From NCBI GenBank assembly GCA_964592225.1, contig CAZQCO010000003.1:15200-79199 (forward strand): 64,000 nt of DNA. The letters are read 5' to 3'. This document shows positions 29,639 to 39,250 of this stretch, piece after piece. The notes under the pieces are model-generated. The model was given only the letters and a program-made list of their open reading frames with translations. It was not told where the DNA came from and did not search any database. Each line of letters begins with the position of its first letter. Position 1 is the stretch's first letter. This DNA comes from an uncultured Bacteroidales bacterium (GTDB taxonomy: Bacteria > Bacteroidota > Bacteroidia > Bacteroidales > UBA10428). Made by a program: the position numbers and the translations under genes.

Positions 29639-30967
29639 TTAGTTCATTTTCAACAACAAGAGTGAAATAATTTCTTCAGGAAAATCGTTTCTCATTCGGT
29701 CACTATCCGAGAAGCCTAACTGGATGGCTCTTTTAAGTAACTCCCGGACGCGATCGGGATGACCGGTTTTGTAGTCAAAGAGTGCTGAAAAATAATACAT
29801 ATCCGGATTTTCAGGTTCAATTAGCGCATAGATAGCCAATAATCTCTCGGTCATTGACAGATCATTATTTCTGAGGCTGTTATTGCACAGTGAGTAACAC
29901 ATTATTCCCAGAAATCCTTTTATACGTCTAAGCGCAAAATTCCTGTAGGGGTCTTTCTCCTCAAGAATATTTTTATTGAGAGAGGCAATTTCCTGTTTCC
30001 ACCATTCCAAATTCTCATAATTCAGTGCAGAGTAGTAGGCATTACGTACGGTTAATTCAAAGCGTATACTCTCTCTAAGGCTATTCAGCGCATTATTAAA
30101 ATCGGTACTGTACTCAAGAGTCTTCAGCCGGTCATCAGATGCTGTATTCTCAATCTTTGAAAGATTTCTGGCTAGCAGTCCGGCTTCAATATAGTTTTTC
30201 GATTCCAACAGAGAATCGCATCTGTGGATCTGAGATTCAGCGAAATCATTAATTCTTCCTTTTACTAAAGCACATTCCTTGTAATTATTCTGATTTAAAA
30301 TCAACATTCCCACGGCATTGTTCAAAGTATTTTCTCCGGGCCAGGCATGAGTATCTTCGGTAAACTGAAGGTTCAAAACAGAAGGCGCCTGTTCCGGATT
30401 AAAAATATATTGTGCTGCCTCAACGAAATTGAAATCGGCCATACCGATAATACACATAATAGGAAATTTGATAGATTTAAGTTGTTCCGGTGTTGCTAAT
30501 GCTCCGCATACAATAATTCCATTGACCGGATAATACTGTGCATAATTTAGTACCATTCGGGCACCGCCTGAGAACCCGGCCAAAAACAAAACCTTTCCTG
30601 ATGAATATTTTACACGTGCGTCATCGAACAGTATATTTAATGTGGCAATATATTCCTGACTGCCATTTTTTATACTGTTTGAGGCCAGAATGATGCAATT
30701 AAAATGACGGGCTGCTTTTTTGAATTTTTTAACAGCCAGTTTACCATCTCCTTTTGGATCAATAACAATCAGTAAAGGCATATCAGCACATTTAGCATCA
30801 ATTTTTGGCATATAAATTTCATAGGTGATCTTAGGAGACAGGTCACACGAATCTGATATCTCAATAATTTTATCTGAATAGGATTTCTGGTTAGTATTTT
30901 GGCATGAAAAAAATGTTACTGAACCAAATATTAGAAAACATAAGAAAGTTAAAAACTGTAGTTTCAT
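29639..30967 (-). CDS. lipoprotein with alpha/beta-hydrolase (esterase-like) N-domain and helical-repeat C-domain
   Basis: Contains a lipobox-like 'VTFFSCQ', the nucleophile elbow GxSxG in 'LAGFSGGA', and a TPR-like helical C-terminal half. Confidence 0.5.
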   Translation of the reverse strand: MKLQFLTFLCFLIFGSVTFFSCQNTNQKSYSDKIIEISDSCDLSPKITYEIYMPKIDAKCADMPLLIVIDPKGDGKLAVKKFKKAARHFNCIILASNSIKNGSQEYIATLNILFDDARVKYSSGKVLFLAGFSGGARMVLNYAQYYPVNGIIVCGALATPEQLKSIKFPIMCIIGMADFNFVEAAQYIFNPEQAPSVLNLQFTEDTHAWPGENTLNNAVGMLILNQNNYKECALVKGRINDFAESQIHRCDSLLESKNYIEAGLLARNLSKIENTASDDRLKTLEYSTDFNNALNSLRESIRFELTVRNAYYSALNYENLEWWKQEIASLNKNILEEKDPYRNFALRRIKGFLGIMCYSLCNNSLRNNDLSMTERLLAIYALIEPENPDMYYFSALFDYKTGHPDRVRELLKRAIQLGFSDSDRMRNDFPEEIISLLLLKMN

Positions 30968-31039
30968 ATTGTTAATAGGATAAAGCAGTAAACTTATATA
31001 ATTTTAGTGATTAAGGAGACTAAATATATGGTTAGTAGA

Positions 31040-33208
31040 TTATTCGGCCGGAGGTATTGTGAAATAAAATATTGAACCTTTTCCCACTTCACTTTCAGCC
31101 CAGATCCTTCCCTGATTTCTTTCAATGAATTCTTTGCTCAGGATGAGCCCCAGACCGGTACTTTGATAGACATCATAACTGAGTGCAGCACTTTTCTTAT
31201 TTATTTTAAACAGATATTTCATATCCTCACTATTAATTCCTGTTCCGGTATCGGCAACTGATATCTCTATATGCTTGAGCATTTTTCGGCTTGCAATATG
31301 TATTTTACCATTTGCATCGGTAAATTTAATTGCGTTGCTGATGAGATTCCGAAATATAGCTTTTACCATATTTAAATCGGCTATTCCTCTCATGTCAAAA
31401 TCAATATCGATGGTAACATGAAGATTTTTCTCCTGAATTTTCAGATTCATCAACTCAATGCTTTCTTCTGCCAATTTTTTGATTTCGAGTGTTTGGGGAA
31501 TAACTTTAATTTTTCCTTCCTGCAAACGGGCCCAATCCAAAAGGTTAATCAGAAGTTGATAAGTGTTTTCTGCAGAATTGTAAATATTTCCGGCAATAAA
31601 TTTTCTGTCCTGATCCGATATGGAATTATAGTTGGTTTTTAATAGATGAGAAAATCCCATAATAGCATGAAAAGGATTTTTCAGATCGTGAGCTATAAGG
31701 GATAAAAACCGGTCCTTTGTGCGATTAGCAATTCGTAGTTTCTGTTCCGATTCGCGAAGAGCAGTTTCCGTAATCCTGATATCCGTAATGTCGGTAAATA
31801 TACCAACCAGCCCTATTTTCTTTTTTTGTATTAAAAGAGAAGCCTTATAGTAGAGCAAATTATGTATATTGCCATCGGGATATTTAAGTCGAATTTCTGA
31901 TATTTTTACCGCATCGTTCCGTATAGTTCTTATTTTTTTTCTTGGTTTGATTTTCTGGAATATTTTCTCAATACGCATTTCTTTCAATTCGGCTCTACTT
32001 TTACCTGTGAGCAATTCAAAAGCTTTGTTGCATCCGAATTCATGATTGATCCAATTAACATAGAAAATAGGATGCTGCAGTGTCTGGATCATTGTATTCA
32101 GGAACTGGTAATGCATTCTTCTTTGTTCAAGGGCCTCGTTCTTTTGAATTCTTACTGTACTGTATATCCAGGTTAATGTTAGAATAATAATAAGAGCCGA
32201 AAGAGCAAAAACTAAATATTTTCGAAGTATGGGAGCATAAATCAATTGATAAATCTGGCTTTTATCAGTATGCATTAGAAGTATCCACTCCCGGCAGGGT
32301 TTAGGGATTAAATTAACGGTGGTGCCTGAACGGGAAAGAAAATAGGTACAAAGATTAAACTTTAAAAAAGAAAATTGTCCATGGCTGGTATTAAAATGGC
32401 CACTGGTTTTATTTCCCTGAATGGCTTTCCACTCCTGTGGAAAATATTGAGTAAAATTGTTATTGATACTGTCAGGGAAATGAAAACTCCATTCCATTGT
32501 CGGTGAGGGTCCAATAAGATAGTAACCCTTCTGATTTAAAAGATAGCAAGGCATGGAAGCGGATTCCTGTTTGGTACGGATTTGGCGAAACATATTATCA
32601 CCCAAATAATTTATTATCAAAAAAATACGATTGTTATTCTCAGGGTTGGTAATACTTTTACCGAATCTGAGCATAGGTGTAAAAGGTAGTTCAATGGCCC
32701 CAAATTCCACATTAAGGTCGAAGGGAGAGATATAAAATTCTCCGGGATTCAGAGATTTCAACGCAGGAAAGTAGTAACGGTCGGTTTTATTCTGAAGCTG
32801 TTCCTTATTATATACAATAACATCACCTTGCCGTAGATCTAATCTTATTTTTTCAAAACCAAGTGTATCGATAAGACGAAGCTGATGATAAAATTTCCGG
32901 TTCTTTATAAAGGAATAAAAGAGATTCTGTATGTGAACGTAATTAATAGATTCATCATCATAGAAATGCACTATTTCAGGCATTTCTGAAAGAAAACAAA
33001 TATCACTGTAAATCTGATCAATTGTATTCTGAATGATAGTGCTGTTTTCTTTTAAGAGATTTTCCCTGATGATATGAAGGTTGTTTTTCCGGTTGGCTAT
33101 TTCAATCAGTGCAATATATGCCAATATTACTAAAATAATGAAGTATAAAGGAATAAATACAGTTACCAGGTTTTTCAGTAAAGTCTTATTGAAATTTTTT
33201 TTAGTCAT
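31040..33208 (-). CDS. sensor histidine kinase (TM-bounded extracytoplasmic sensor, PAS, HisKA, HATPase)
   Basis: Contains the H-box 'LIAHDLKNPFHAI' and the ATPase boxes 'NLISNAIKFT', 'DTGTGI' and 'STGLGLIL'. I prefer the ATG at 33208 over the GTG at 33226. No cognate response regulator is adjacent. Confidence 0.85.
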   Translation of the reverse strand: MTKKNFNKTLLKNLVTVFIPLYFIILVILAYIALIEIANRKNNLHIIRENLLKENSTIIQNTIDQIYSDICFLSEMPEIVHFYDDESINYVHIQNLFYSFIKNRKFYHQLRLIDTLGFEKIRLDLRQGDVIVYNKEQLQNKTDRYYFPALKSLNPGEFYISPFDLNVEFGAIELPFTPMLRFGKSITNPENNNRIFLIINYLGDNMFRQIRTKQESASMPCYLLNQKGYYLIGPSPTMEWSFHFPDSINNNFTQYFPQEWKAIQGNKTSGHFNTSHGQFSFLKFNLCTYFLSRSGTTVNLIPKPCREWILLMHTDKSQIYQLIYAPILRKYLVFALSALIIILTLTWIYSTVRIQKNEALEQRRMHYQFLNTMIQTLQHPIFYVNWINHEFGCNKAFELLTGKSRAELKEMRIEKIFQKIKPRKKIRTIRNDAVKISEIRLKYPDGNIHNLLYYKASLLIQKKKIGLVGIFTDITDIRITETALRESEQKLRIANRTKDRFLSLIAHDLKNPFHAIMGFSHLLKTNYNSISDQDRKFIAGNIYNSAENTYQLLINLLDWARLQEGKIKVIPQTLEIKKLAEESIELMNLKIQEKNLHVTIDIDFDMRGIADLNMVKAIFRNLISNAIKFTDANGKIHIASRKMLKHIEISVADTGTGINSEDMKYLFKINKKSAALSYDVYQSTGLGLILSKEFIERNQGRIWAESEVGKGSIFYFTIPPAE

Positions 33209-33449
33209 TTTATGAGTGAAGAACACTTGCTTTGAAAAAATTACTAAAAAAACAAGGATTTTCTAATATTATGCGGGATAAATGTCGGAGTATAAACGTC
33301 GGCAATTATACAAGAAGGAGTTAACTGGCAATAATGCGCAGAGAATAATAAAGAATTTTGGATTCAGTTAATAACACACAAATAAGTAGTTTTTAATGGA
33401 AGAGTGTGATACTTTACTGAATTCTCACTAGCAGAGGCTTATTGAAATT

Positions 33450-34013
33450 TTATTTTTTAATTAATTCTATCGCCCTGCTTCGATTTATGGAATTAATTTT
33501 ATGTTTGGAAAAACCGCATTCCCCGGCAATTTCAAGACTTTTTTGCCATGCCTGTTCATCAACATGCCCTTTGGGTTCGAGTAGCAGGACTTTTGCTCCT
33601 TTTTTCATAGCAGTAGAAATTTCGGAAAATAGTTTAGACTGATCCGGCACCTCGTGAACTACATAAGCTAATAAACAAAAATCAATTTGGTTTTCTAAAA
33701 ATGCAATATTCTGAGAATTATTAATGGACAGGCATAACTCTATTTCATCTTCAACACCTTTTCTTTTTGCCCGTTTGTTCAGTTTTTTCAGCATCTTTTT
33801 CTGAATGTCGACACAATATACTTTTCCGGATTTGCCTGTCATTTTTGCCAGAGGGATGCTAAAGAATCCCATACCCGGACCGATTTCCAGAATTTTCATT
33901 CCTGGTTGTATATATGGGCTAAGCATTTTAACAGGATTCTCAAGAAGTTTTCTTAATGGATTTGCTAAAATATATCCAATCCAAACCGGACAAACATGTG
34001 TTTTTGTTTCCAT
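33450..34013 (-). CDS. class I SAM-dependent methyltransferase
   Basis: Motif I 'ILEIGPGMGFFS' and the acidic motif II 'VYCVDIQ' are present. Confidence 0.78.
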   Translation of the reverse strand: METKTHVCPVWIGYILANPLRKLLENPVKMLSPYIQPGMKILEIGPGMGFFSIPLAKMTGKSGKVYCVDIQKKMLKKLNKRAKRKGVEDEIELCLSINNSQNIAFLENQIDFCLLAYVVHEVPDQSKLFSEISTAMKKGAKVLLLEPKGHVDEQAWQKSLEIAGECGFSKHKINSINRSRAIELIKK

Positions 34014-34154
34014 GGTTTTTGATACTTTATGGTGATTATCAAAGGAATTAAAATATTCTTTTCCGTGATAATGATTTTAAGTCAGCAGGGTTATTTTATC
34101 GGTAAAAAAACTTACCGGAGCGGTAAAATAGGTATCGGGACAATCTGGGAACAG

Positions 34155-34829
34155 CTATTCGAAATAACTTTTTAATTGTCGGAAATCACTAATTATCCGG
34201 TCGATGTAACTAAATTGTGAAAACTTACTACGATTTTCTTCAAAATCGGCAGCTATTATTATTCCTGCCCCTGCATTTTTCGCAGCCTGAATCCCTCCCT
34301 TCGAATCTTCGATAACCATGCATTCAGCCATAGGTATCCCTAATTTTGCTGAAGCTGCCAGAAATATATCGGGATGAGGTTTTCCAAGAAATTCGCCCGA
34401 ATCATAAATAACCTGATTGGGCTGAAACCAACGCTCAAGATTAAATATTTTGAAATACAGTTTAACATTTGGCAGATAGGAAGCTGTAGCAATAGTACGG
34501 GGAATATTTTTTTTACAGAGGAAACCTATAAAATCCTCGGCTCCTTCAGTAAGCATGCATTTTTCAGGATGATCGTGACAAACTGACCGGTAGAGATTTT
34601 CTTTTTCTTCGTAAAGATTTATTAATTCCTTCTCTGCTAATGGTCGTTGGAAAAGGTATTCAAGAATTTCGCGGTTTGTAAAGCCGTGTATATTTTTATC
34701 TAGTTCATCGGGGGTTAGAGTTTTACCATATTTTAAGGCAAATTCTTTCCATGCTTTATTATGAAAAGAAGTGTCGTTAAAGAGTGTGCCGTTAAAATCA
34801 AAGATTACGGCGTTTATTACCTGTAACAT
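34155..34829 (-). CDS. HAD-IA family hydrolase (beta-phosphoglucomutase-like subfamily)
   Basis: Motif I is 'VIFDFNGTL' (note Asn at the Asp+2 position). Motif II is 'TIATAS', motif III is 'GKPHPDIF' and motif IV is 'VIEDSKGGIQAAKNAG'. Confidence 0.78.
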   Translation of the reverse strand: MLQVINAVIFDFNGTLFNDTSFHNKAWKEFALKYGKTLTPDELDKNIHGFTNREILEYLFQRPLAEKELINLYEEKENLYRSVCHDHPEKCMLTEGAEDFIGFLCKKNIPRTIATASYLPNVKLYFKIFNLERWFQPNQVIYDSGEFLGKPHPDIFLAASAKLGIPMAECMVIEDSKGGIQAAKNAGAGIIIAADFEENRSKFSQFSYIDRIISDFRQLKSYFE

Positions 34830-34835
34830 GTTTTT

Positions 34836-36647
34836 TTATTCATGGTTCTTGGGGAAGGCAGAAACAGCATTTTCATTTTTTCTCACAGGATTTTCAAGAA
34901 TAGGCAACATGCTGCTAAGTGGTTTACGGGTGCCTTCCATTTCGATATTGTTTAACAGAATAGCATTGGGCACAATAAAACTTGAAGGTATGCCGGCCAG
35001 GCCATTGCTGTTGTTTCCACCCGGAGGCAGTAATGTGTTATGTACCATTACAGAATCGGAGAAAACAGGAAAATGTCTTAAAGCCTGCAGAGTAAGATTT
35101 TTTAACCGAACGGAGCGAACCAGTTTTTCTTCTCCGGTTGTCACATCAACAAGGAAAAAGTTGAAGGGTTTATCCGAGCCACCTATTTCCAGCGATTTAA
35201 TCATCATGGCATAATCCAGTCCTTCTTCCCGTGCCCGATCAAGTAATTGTTGCTTTAATTTATCACGAGATACAGGATTGGAATTTTCAATCCGGATAAC
35301 ACCGGGTCCGGTTTGTGTATTCAAGCCATTATAGCTGTAGTTGAAGCGCATATGTCCGTTCGATTGGGGAACCTGACGCGATGGAGTACGGCCATTCAGC
35401 AAGGTTTTAAGAATTCCGTGCTGTACCAGTACCAGTCGTTCCTGGGGTATTACACCTTCTGCATCAATATCGAAAGTACCAATAAGCGGAATATTCTGAA
35501 ACTCTCTCAGAAATGGTTCAGCTGTTATAGTGAGATCACTGGAAATAATGGATTTATTGATTCGCGCTTGAAGGGCATTATTATTTTCTTCATAATAAAT
35601 ATTCATCTGGTCACTGCTTTGCAGGTTTTCTCGTGAGGCTATCAAAGCATCAGAGCCGGAGAACAGAAATCGTTCCAGGGTTTCAGCTGCTACCTCACCT
35701 ACAATCAATACAGGTCCGTAATAATTATCATCATAGCGTTCAGCACTCCTGAGGGCCAGTAAATTATCAACCATTTTCAGGATATCCTTTTTAATAGAAT
35801 CTGCGGAAGGCAACTCATCGGGTAAAAAAACCGTATAGGTGATATTCTTATTGAGGCGTTCACTATCGTCGGACAAGGTCCCTGCATACACGGATAGTGT
35901 TGTAATATTAAAAGGAAATTGTACTTCCGTCCCTTCGCTGTTATTAAAATATACTGTCGATCTGAAAATACTAAGAGCCACGGATGAAGAATATATTTCG
36001 GGAAAATTTTTCAGTATTTCAGAAATGAATTTCACTTTTTCTTCAAGTATTTTCTTTTGATTATCGGGTGCCTGATAATAGGTATATTTTTTAACCATTG
36101 GGGAACGGCTGAAATCGGCAATTTCCAGATCGGTTCCTTCAAGTTGTTTGTGTTCAATTTGGGCAATCTTGTTTTTATAGGTTTGAGCAGCTGAGTAATA
36201 TATATTATTGGTTGTCAGCCACAAAGAACGACGAATTCCGAGATAATCATCATCTACAGGCATATCGATACTAGGGCGGAACATAGTTTCTTCAGGCTGT
36301 GAGGAAGAGAAATTTTCATCATTGATTTCGTAATCACCTACCATCAAACGCACATGCCAGTCTTTGTATTTCAAATCGCTCGAACGAACCAGTGCACCCA
36401 ATGTGGCAATGATCTGAATTTGTTCGGCATCGGCAATTGTGTAGGCAATAAAGAAGGGTTTGTCCAGGTCCTCTGCATTTAATCCCTGCATGTTCCGGTA
36501 TAATTCATCGCGCATGGCGCTCATAATAATGCTATCGGAAGATGTTTGTGAAAAAAGTTTTATGGCAGGAGCAATCAGGAGAATAGAAAATATAAACAAC
36601 AGGCAAGCATTACGGGATTTTATATATTTTTTAAATAAACACATCAT
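34836..36647 (-). CDS. exported TldE/PmbA-like protein (no metal-binding motif)
   Basis: Has a signal peptide and is collinear with the upstream TldD-like paralog. The region aligning to HExxxH reads 'VAAETLERFLFSGSDAL', with no His. Confidence 0.65.
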   Translation of the reverse strand: MMCLFKKYIKSRNACLLFIFSILLIAPAIKLFSQTSSDSIIMSAMRDELYRNMQGLNAEDLDKPFFIAYTIADAEQIQIIATLGALVRSSDLKYKDWHVRLMVGDYEINDENFSSSQPEETMFRPSIDMPVDDDYLGIRRSLWLTTNNIYYSAAQTYKNKIAQIEHKQLEGTDLEIADFSRSPMVKKYTYYQAPDNQKKILEEKVKFISEILKNFPEIYSSSVALSIFRSTVYFNNSEGTEVQFPFNITTLSVYAGTLSDDSERLNKNITYTVFLPDELPSADSIKKDILKMVDNLLALRSAERYDDNYYGPVLIVGEVAAETLERFLFSGSDALIASRENLQSSDQMNIYYEENNNALQARINKSIISSDLTITAEPFLREFQNIPLIGTFDIDAEGVIPQERLVLVQHGILKTLLNGRTPSRQVPQSNGHMRFNYSYNGLNTQTGPGVIRIENSNPVSRDKLKQQLLDRAREEGLDYAMMIKSLEIGGSDKPFNFFLVDVTTGEEKLVRSVRLKNLTLQALRHFPVFSDSVMVHNTLLPPGGNNSNGLAGIPSSFIVPNAILLNNIEMEGTRKPLSSMLPILENPVRKNENAVSAFPKNHE

Positions 36648-36653
36648 AGTTAC

Positions 36654-38360
36654 TTACTTTCGGTTAAAAGACTTGTCGGGATTGGGCAACAAAGGTAACT
36701 GGCTATTGTATTCCGGAGTTTTCTGGGTCTCGATCTTCCTTACCAGAAGTGCCGGAGCGATAGTCGTTACTGGAATATGTCCCGATTCAGCTCCGCAAAA
36801 ACCAGTGAACACTTCTTTTTCTTTCCCGGCAGCAATAATATTAGAGAACATGGTTAGCGGAGTTCCTATAAGTTCTACACCCGAAACCAGTTCATCGGGC
36901 CGGCCATCGACATATATTCGGTATACTTCAATAGGATTTATATCGAAGACATTGGCATTGTACCTGTCGGTAAATGTTAAACCTCCGATCACTTCCTTAA
37001 AATAATAGCCATAGTCTTTTTTCTGCTTTTTACATTCTTTGATCAGCATTTTCCTCAGCTCATTATCATCATAAGGTTTTGAACTTTCTATAATGAGATT
37101 CGACTGACGTGATACTGGAGCAAAACCTGGCTGAGCCCTACCATGGCCGTTTGAATTTGCGAATTCCCGTATCGGACGACGTGACATCAGAAAACCCTGA
37201 AGGATACCATCTTTCACCAGGATCACCCTTTGTGCTTTAATTCCCTGATCGTCATATTTATAAGTCCCGATAAGATCCTGACCCTGCCATTCCTGGAGAG
37301 TGGGATCAGAGTTTACCTGAAACTCTTCGGGGAGTACTTCTTTACCAAGCTTATCTTTAAAGGTCTGACCATCGTCAAGACTTTCGAGCCGATGTCCTTC
37401 AACTCGGTGCCCGAAAATTTCATGAAAAAATACTCCGGCAGCTGCAGGTGAAAGTATAGCTGGCCCGGCATAGGGTTCTGCCATAACAGCCTGGTTCATA
37501 CTTAGCAGTTCGTCATAGAGTTTATGAAAATCGTTCAACATTGTTTCATGTGAGGGAAGGTCCTCAATCTGAAAAGCTGTATAGGATTTTTGAATGGGCA
37601 AAACAACACCACTTTTGTGGCGAATGCTGCCAATAAATTGTAGCTGACAATACTTTGAATTCTGAACAATACAACTTCCTTCCGAAGTAAGCAGGTATTT
37701 TCTTTGTAGAACTACATTGACTGAAGCTTCGCTATGGAAAATAAGTGTGTCGTCACCAAATATCGATGTATATTCTAATAACCTGGAGGTCCATTCGTCC
37801 TCGTCGAAATTCAGTTCTTGTTCGCTAAAAGGAGGATCGTAATATACGGTAGGGGTCTCTTTTGAAAAATCGCCGGAAGTATTATCGGAAGGAGGTATCT
37901 TCATATTCTGTAACGCGGTAAATTTACTCGCGGCATTCTTATAGGCCTGGTCGGATAATCGCCAAAGCACTTGTTTAATGGCATCCGATTCATTTTCGAA
38001 AGGAAGACTTGAACCTATAACTTCCATCTGTTCCGACATGGAAAAATTGCCCTGTAATTCGTGTGTATTATCGAATGAATAATCGCCAACCCTTACCATA
38101 ACTGTCAGAGCTCTGCTATGTGAGTTGTTTTTGCCAACAAGACTGCCAAAGGAAGCACGCAAATTGTATGAAGTTATTTCATCAACCCTGTAATCGATAT
38201 AGTAAAGCGAAGGATCCTGCCCGGAGAGTTCATCTACTTCCCGGTAAAGTTCTTCTTTAAGTATGTTGACCAGTGTATCTTTAGCCTGTAAAGGGAAAAC
38301 AGCAAAACAAAATAGTGCAAACACAACATAATAGAATCGATTTTTCCATACACTTCTCAT
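36654..38360 (-). CDS. exported TldD-like metallopeptidase
   Basis: Signal peptide 'MRSVWKNRFYYVVFALFCFAVFPLQA' and the TldD-type zinc motif 'FFHEIFGHRVEGH' (HExxxH) are present. Confidence 0.78.
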   Translation of the reverse strand: MRSVWKNRFYYVVFALFCFAVFPLQAKDTLVNILKEELYREVDELSGQDPSLYYIDYRVDEITSYNLRASFGSLVGKNNSHSRALTVMVRVGDYSFDNTHELQGNFSMSEQMEVIGSSLPFENESDAIKQVLWRLSDQAYKNAASKFTALQNMKIPPSDNTSGDFSKETPTVYYDPPFSEQELNFDEDEWTSRLLEYTSIFGDDTLIFHSEASVNVVLQRKYLLTSEGSCIVQNSKYCQLQFIGSIRHKSGVVLPIQKSYTAFQIEDLPSHETMLNDFHKLYDELLSMNQAVMAEPYAGPAILSPAAAGVFFHEIFGHRVEGHRLESLDDGQTFKDKLGKEVLPEEFQVNSDPTLQEWQGQDLIGTYKYDDQGIKAQRVILVKDGILQGFLMSRRPIREFANSNGHGRAQPGFAPVSRQSNLIIESSKPYDDNELRKMLIKECKKQKKDYGYYFKEVIGGLTFTDRYNANVFDINPIEVYRIYVDGRPDELVSGVELIGTPLTMFSNIIAAGKEKEVFTGFCGAESGHIPVTTIAPALLVRKIETQKTPEYNSQLPLLPNPDKSFNRK

Positions 38361-38444
38361 ATGCTTTTCTGTTTTTCCGGGGGAGTCAATTTTATTATTA
38401 CAGCGCTCTAAAGCGGCACAAGGTATATATTAAAACACAGATTT

Positions 38445-38452
38445 CAAACCTA
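38445..38452 (-). promoter_or_regulatory. Bacteroides-type -7 promoter box upstream of the TldD-like operon
   Basis: The minus strand reads TAGGTTTG (TAnnTTTG), ~85 nt upstream of the ATG at 38360. Confidence 0.35.
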
Positions 38453-38614
38453 TTATTATCTGTTCACCTATTAAGATTTGTTAAAATAACAAGCCGGTAA
38501 GAACGGTTTCATTATACTATAACCAAATATTTGTAGTTTGGTTCTTTCCTTTTCTTGATATGGCGACTTTGTATTCAACTATTTTTAAGTTTTGCCGAAA
38601 AAGCTAATAAATAC

Positions 38615-39241
38615 TTAATCACAAATCACATCTTTGCCGGGATGATCGTAAAAACCGAACATAATATTAATTTGTTCGCGGGTAACGCGCAATTCTGAAA
38701 GCACAGGAATTTCGTCACGACTGAACCAGTCAACTTCAGTTGTTTCCATGCCGGGCTTAACATCCTGGCCGGAATCACTACACAGGATAAATAGTTTATA
38801 TACATGATAAATATCGGGAGGATGGCTGTGCTTCATTTTATCGAATACTGCTAGCAGGCGTTCTGGAGTAACCTTTATACCGGCCTCTTCGAACACTTCT
38901 TTTTCAGCAATTTCGAAAGGTGAAAAACCTACATCGGCCCAGCCTCCGGGAAGTGTCCACTTGCCATCGAGGGCTTCACGAACCATTAAAATTTTTCCTT
39001 TTCGGAAAATGACTCCCCGAACATCGACTTTGGGAGTCTGGTAACCTTCTTCGCTGGCAAACAGGTTTCGGATTTTTTCAACGGGGGCACCGGTATATTC
39101 CTGTAAAATTCTGATGCTTAACTCCCTTAACCTCTGGTATCGATCGATATCGAATTTATTCTCACTATAGGCAAGTCCTGCCTGGGCGATGGATTGAATT
39201 TCTTTTGCTATTTGCAACCAGTCAAAGCTCATGCTTTCCAT
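38615..39241 (-). CDS. NUDIX hydrolase with Nudix_N_2-type N-terminal domain
   Basis: The N-terminal 'WLQIAKEIQSIAQAGLAYSENKFDIDRYQRL' is followed by a Nudix-box-like 'PGGWADVGFSPFEIAEKEVFEEAGI'. The gene starts 9 nt after the carB stop. Confidence 0.82.
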   Translation of the reverse strand: MESMSFDWLQIAKEIQSIAQAGLAYSENKFDIDRYQRLRELSIRILQEYTGAPVEKIRNLFASEEGYQTPKVDVRGVIFRKGKILMVREALDGKWTLPGGWADVGFSPFEIAEKEVFEEAGIKVTPERLLAVFDKMKHSHPPDIYHVYKLFILCSDSGQDVKPGMETTEVDWFSRDEIPVLSELRVTREQINIMFGFYDHPGKDVICD

Positions 39242-39250
39242 TTATTTGTG

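Noticed and set aside
34104-34121. Hairpin CGGTAA-N6-TTACCG downstream of the HAD gene as a terminator
   Set aside because: On the relevant (minus) strand the T run lies in the loop rather than after the stem, so it is not a canonical intrinsic terminator.
36460-37005. 181-aa plus-strand ORF spanning the TldD-like/PmbA-like junction
   Set aside because: It is antisense to two well-supported genes and has no recognisable motif. It is a shadow ORF.
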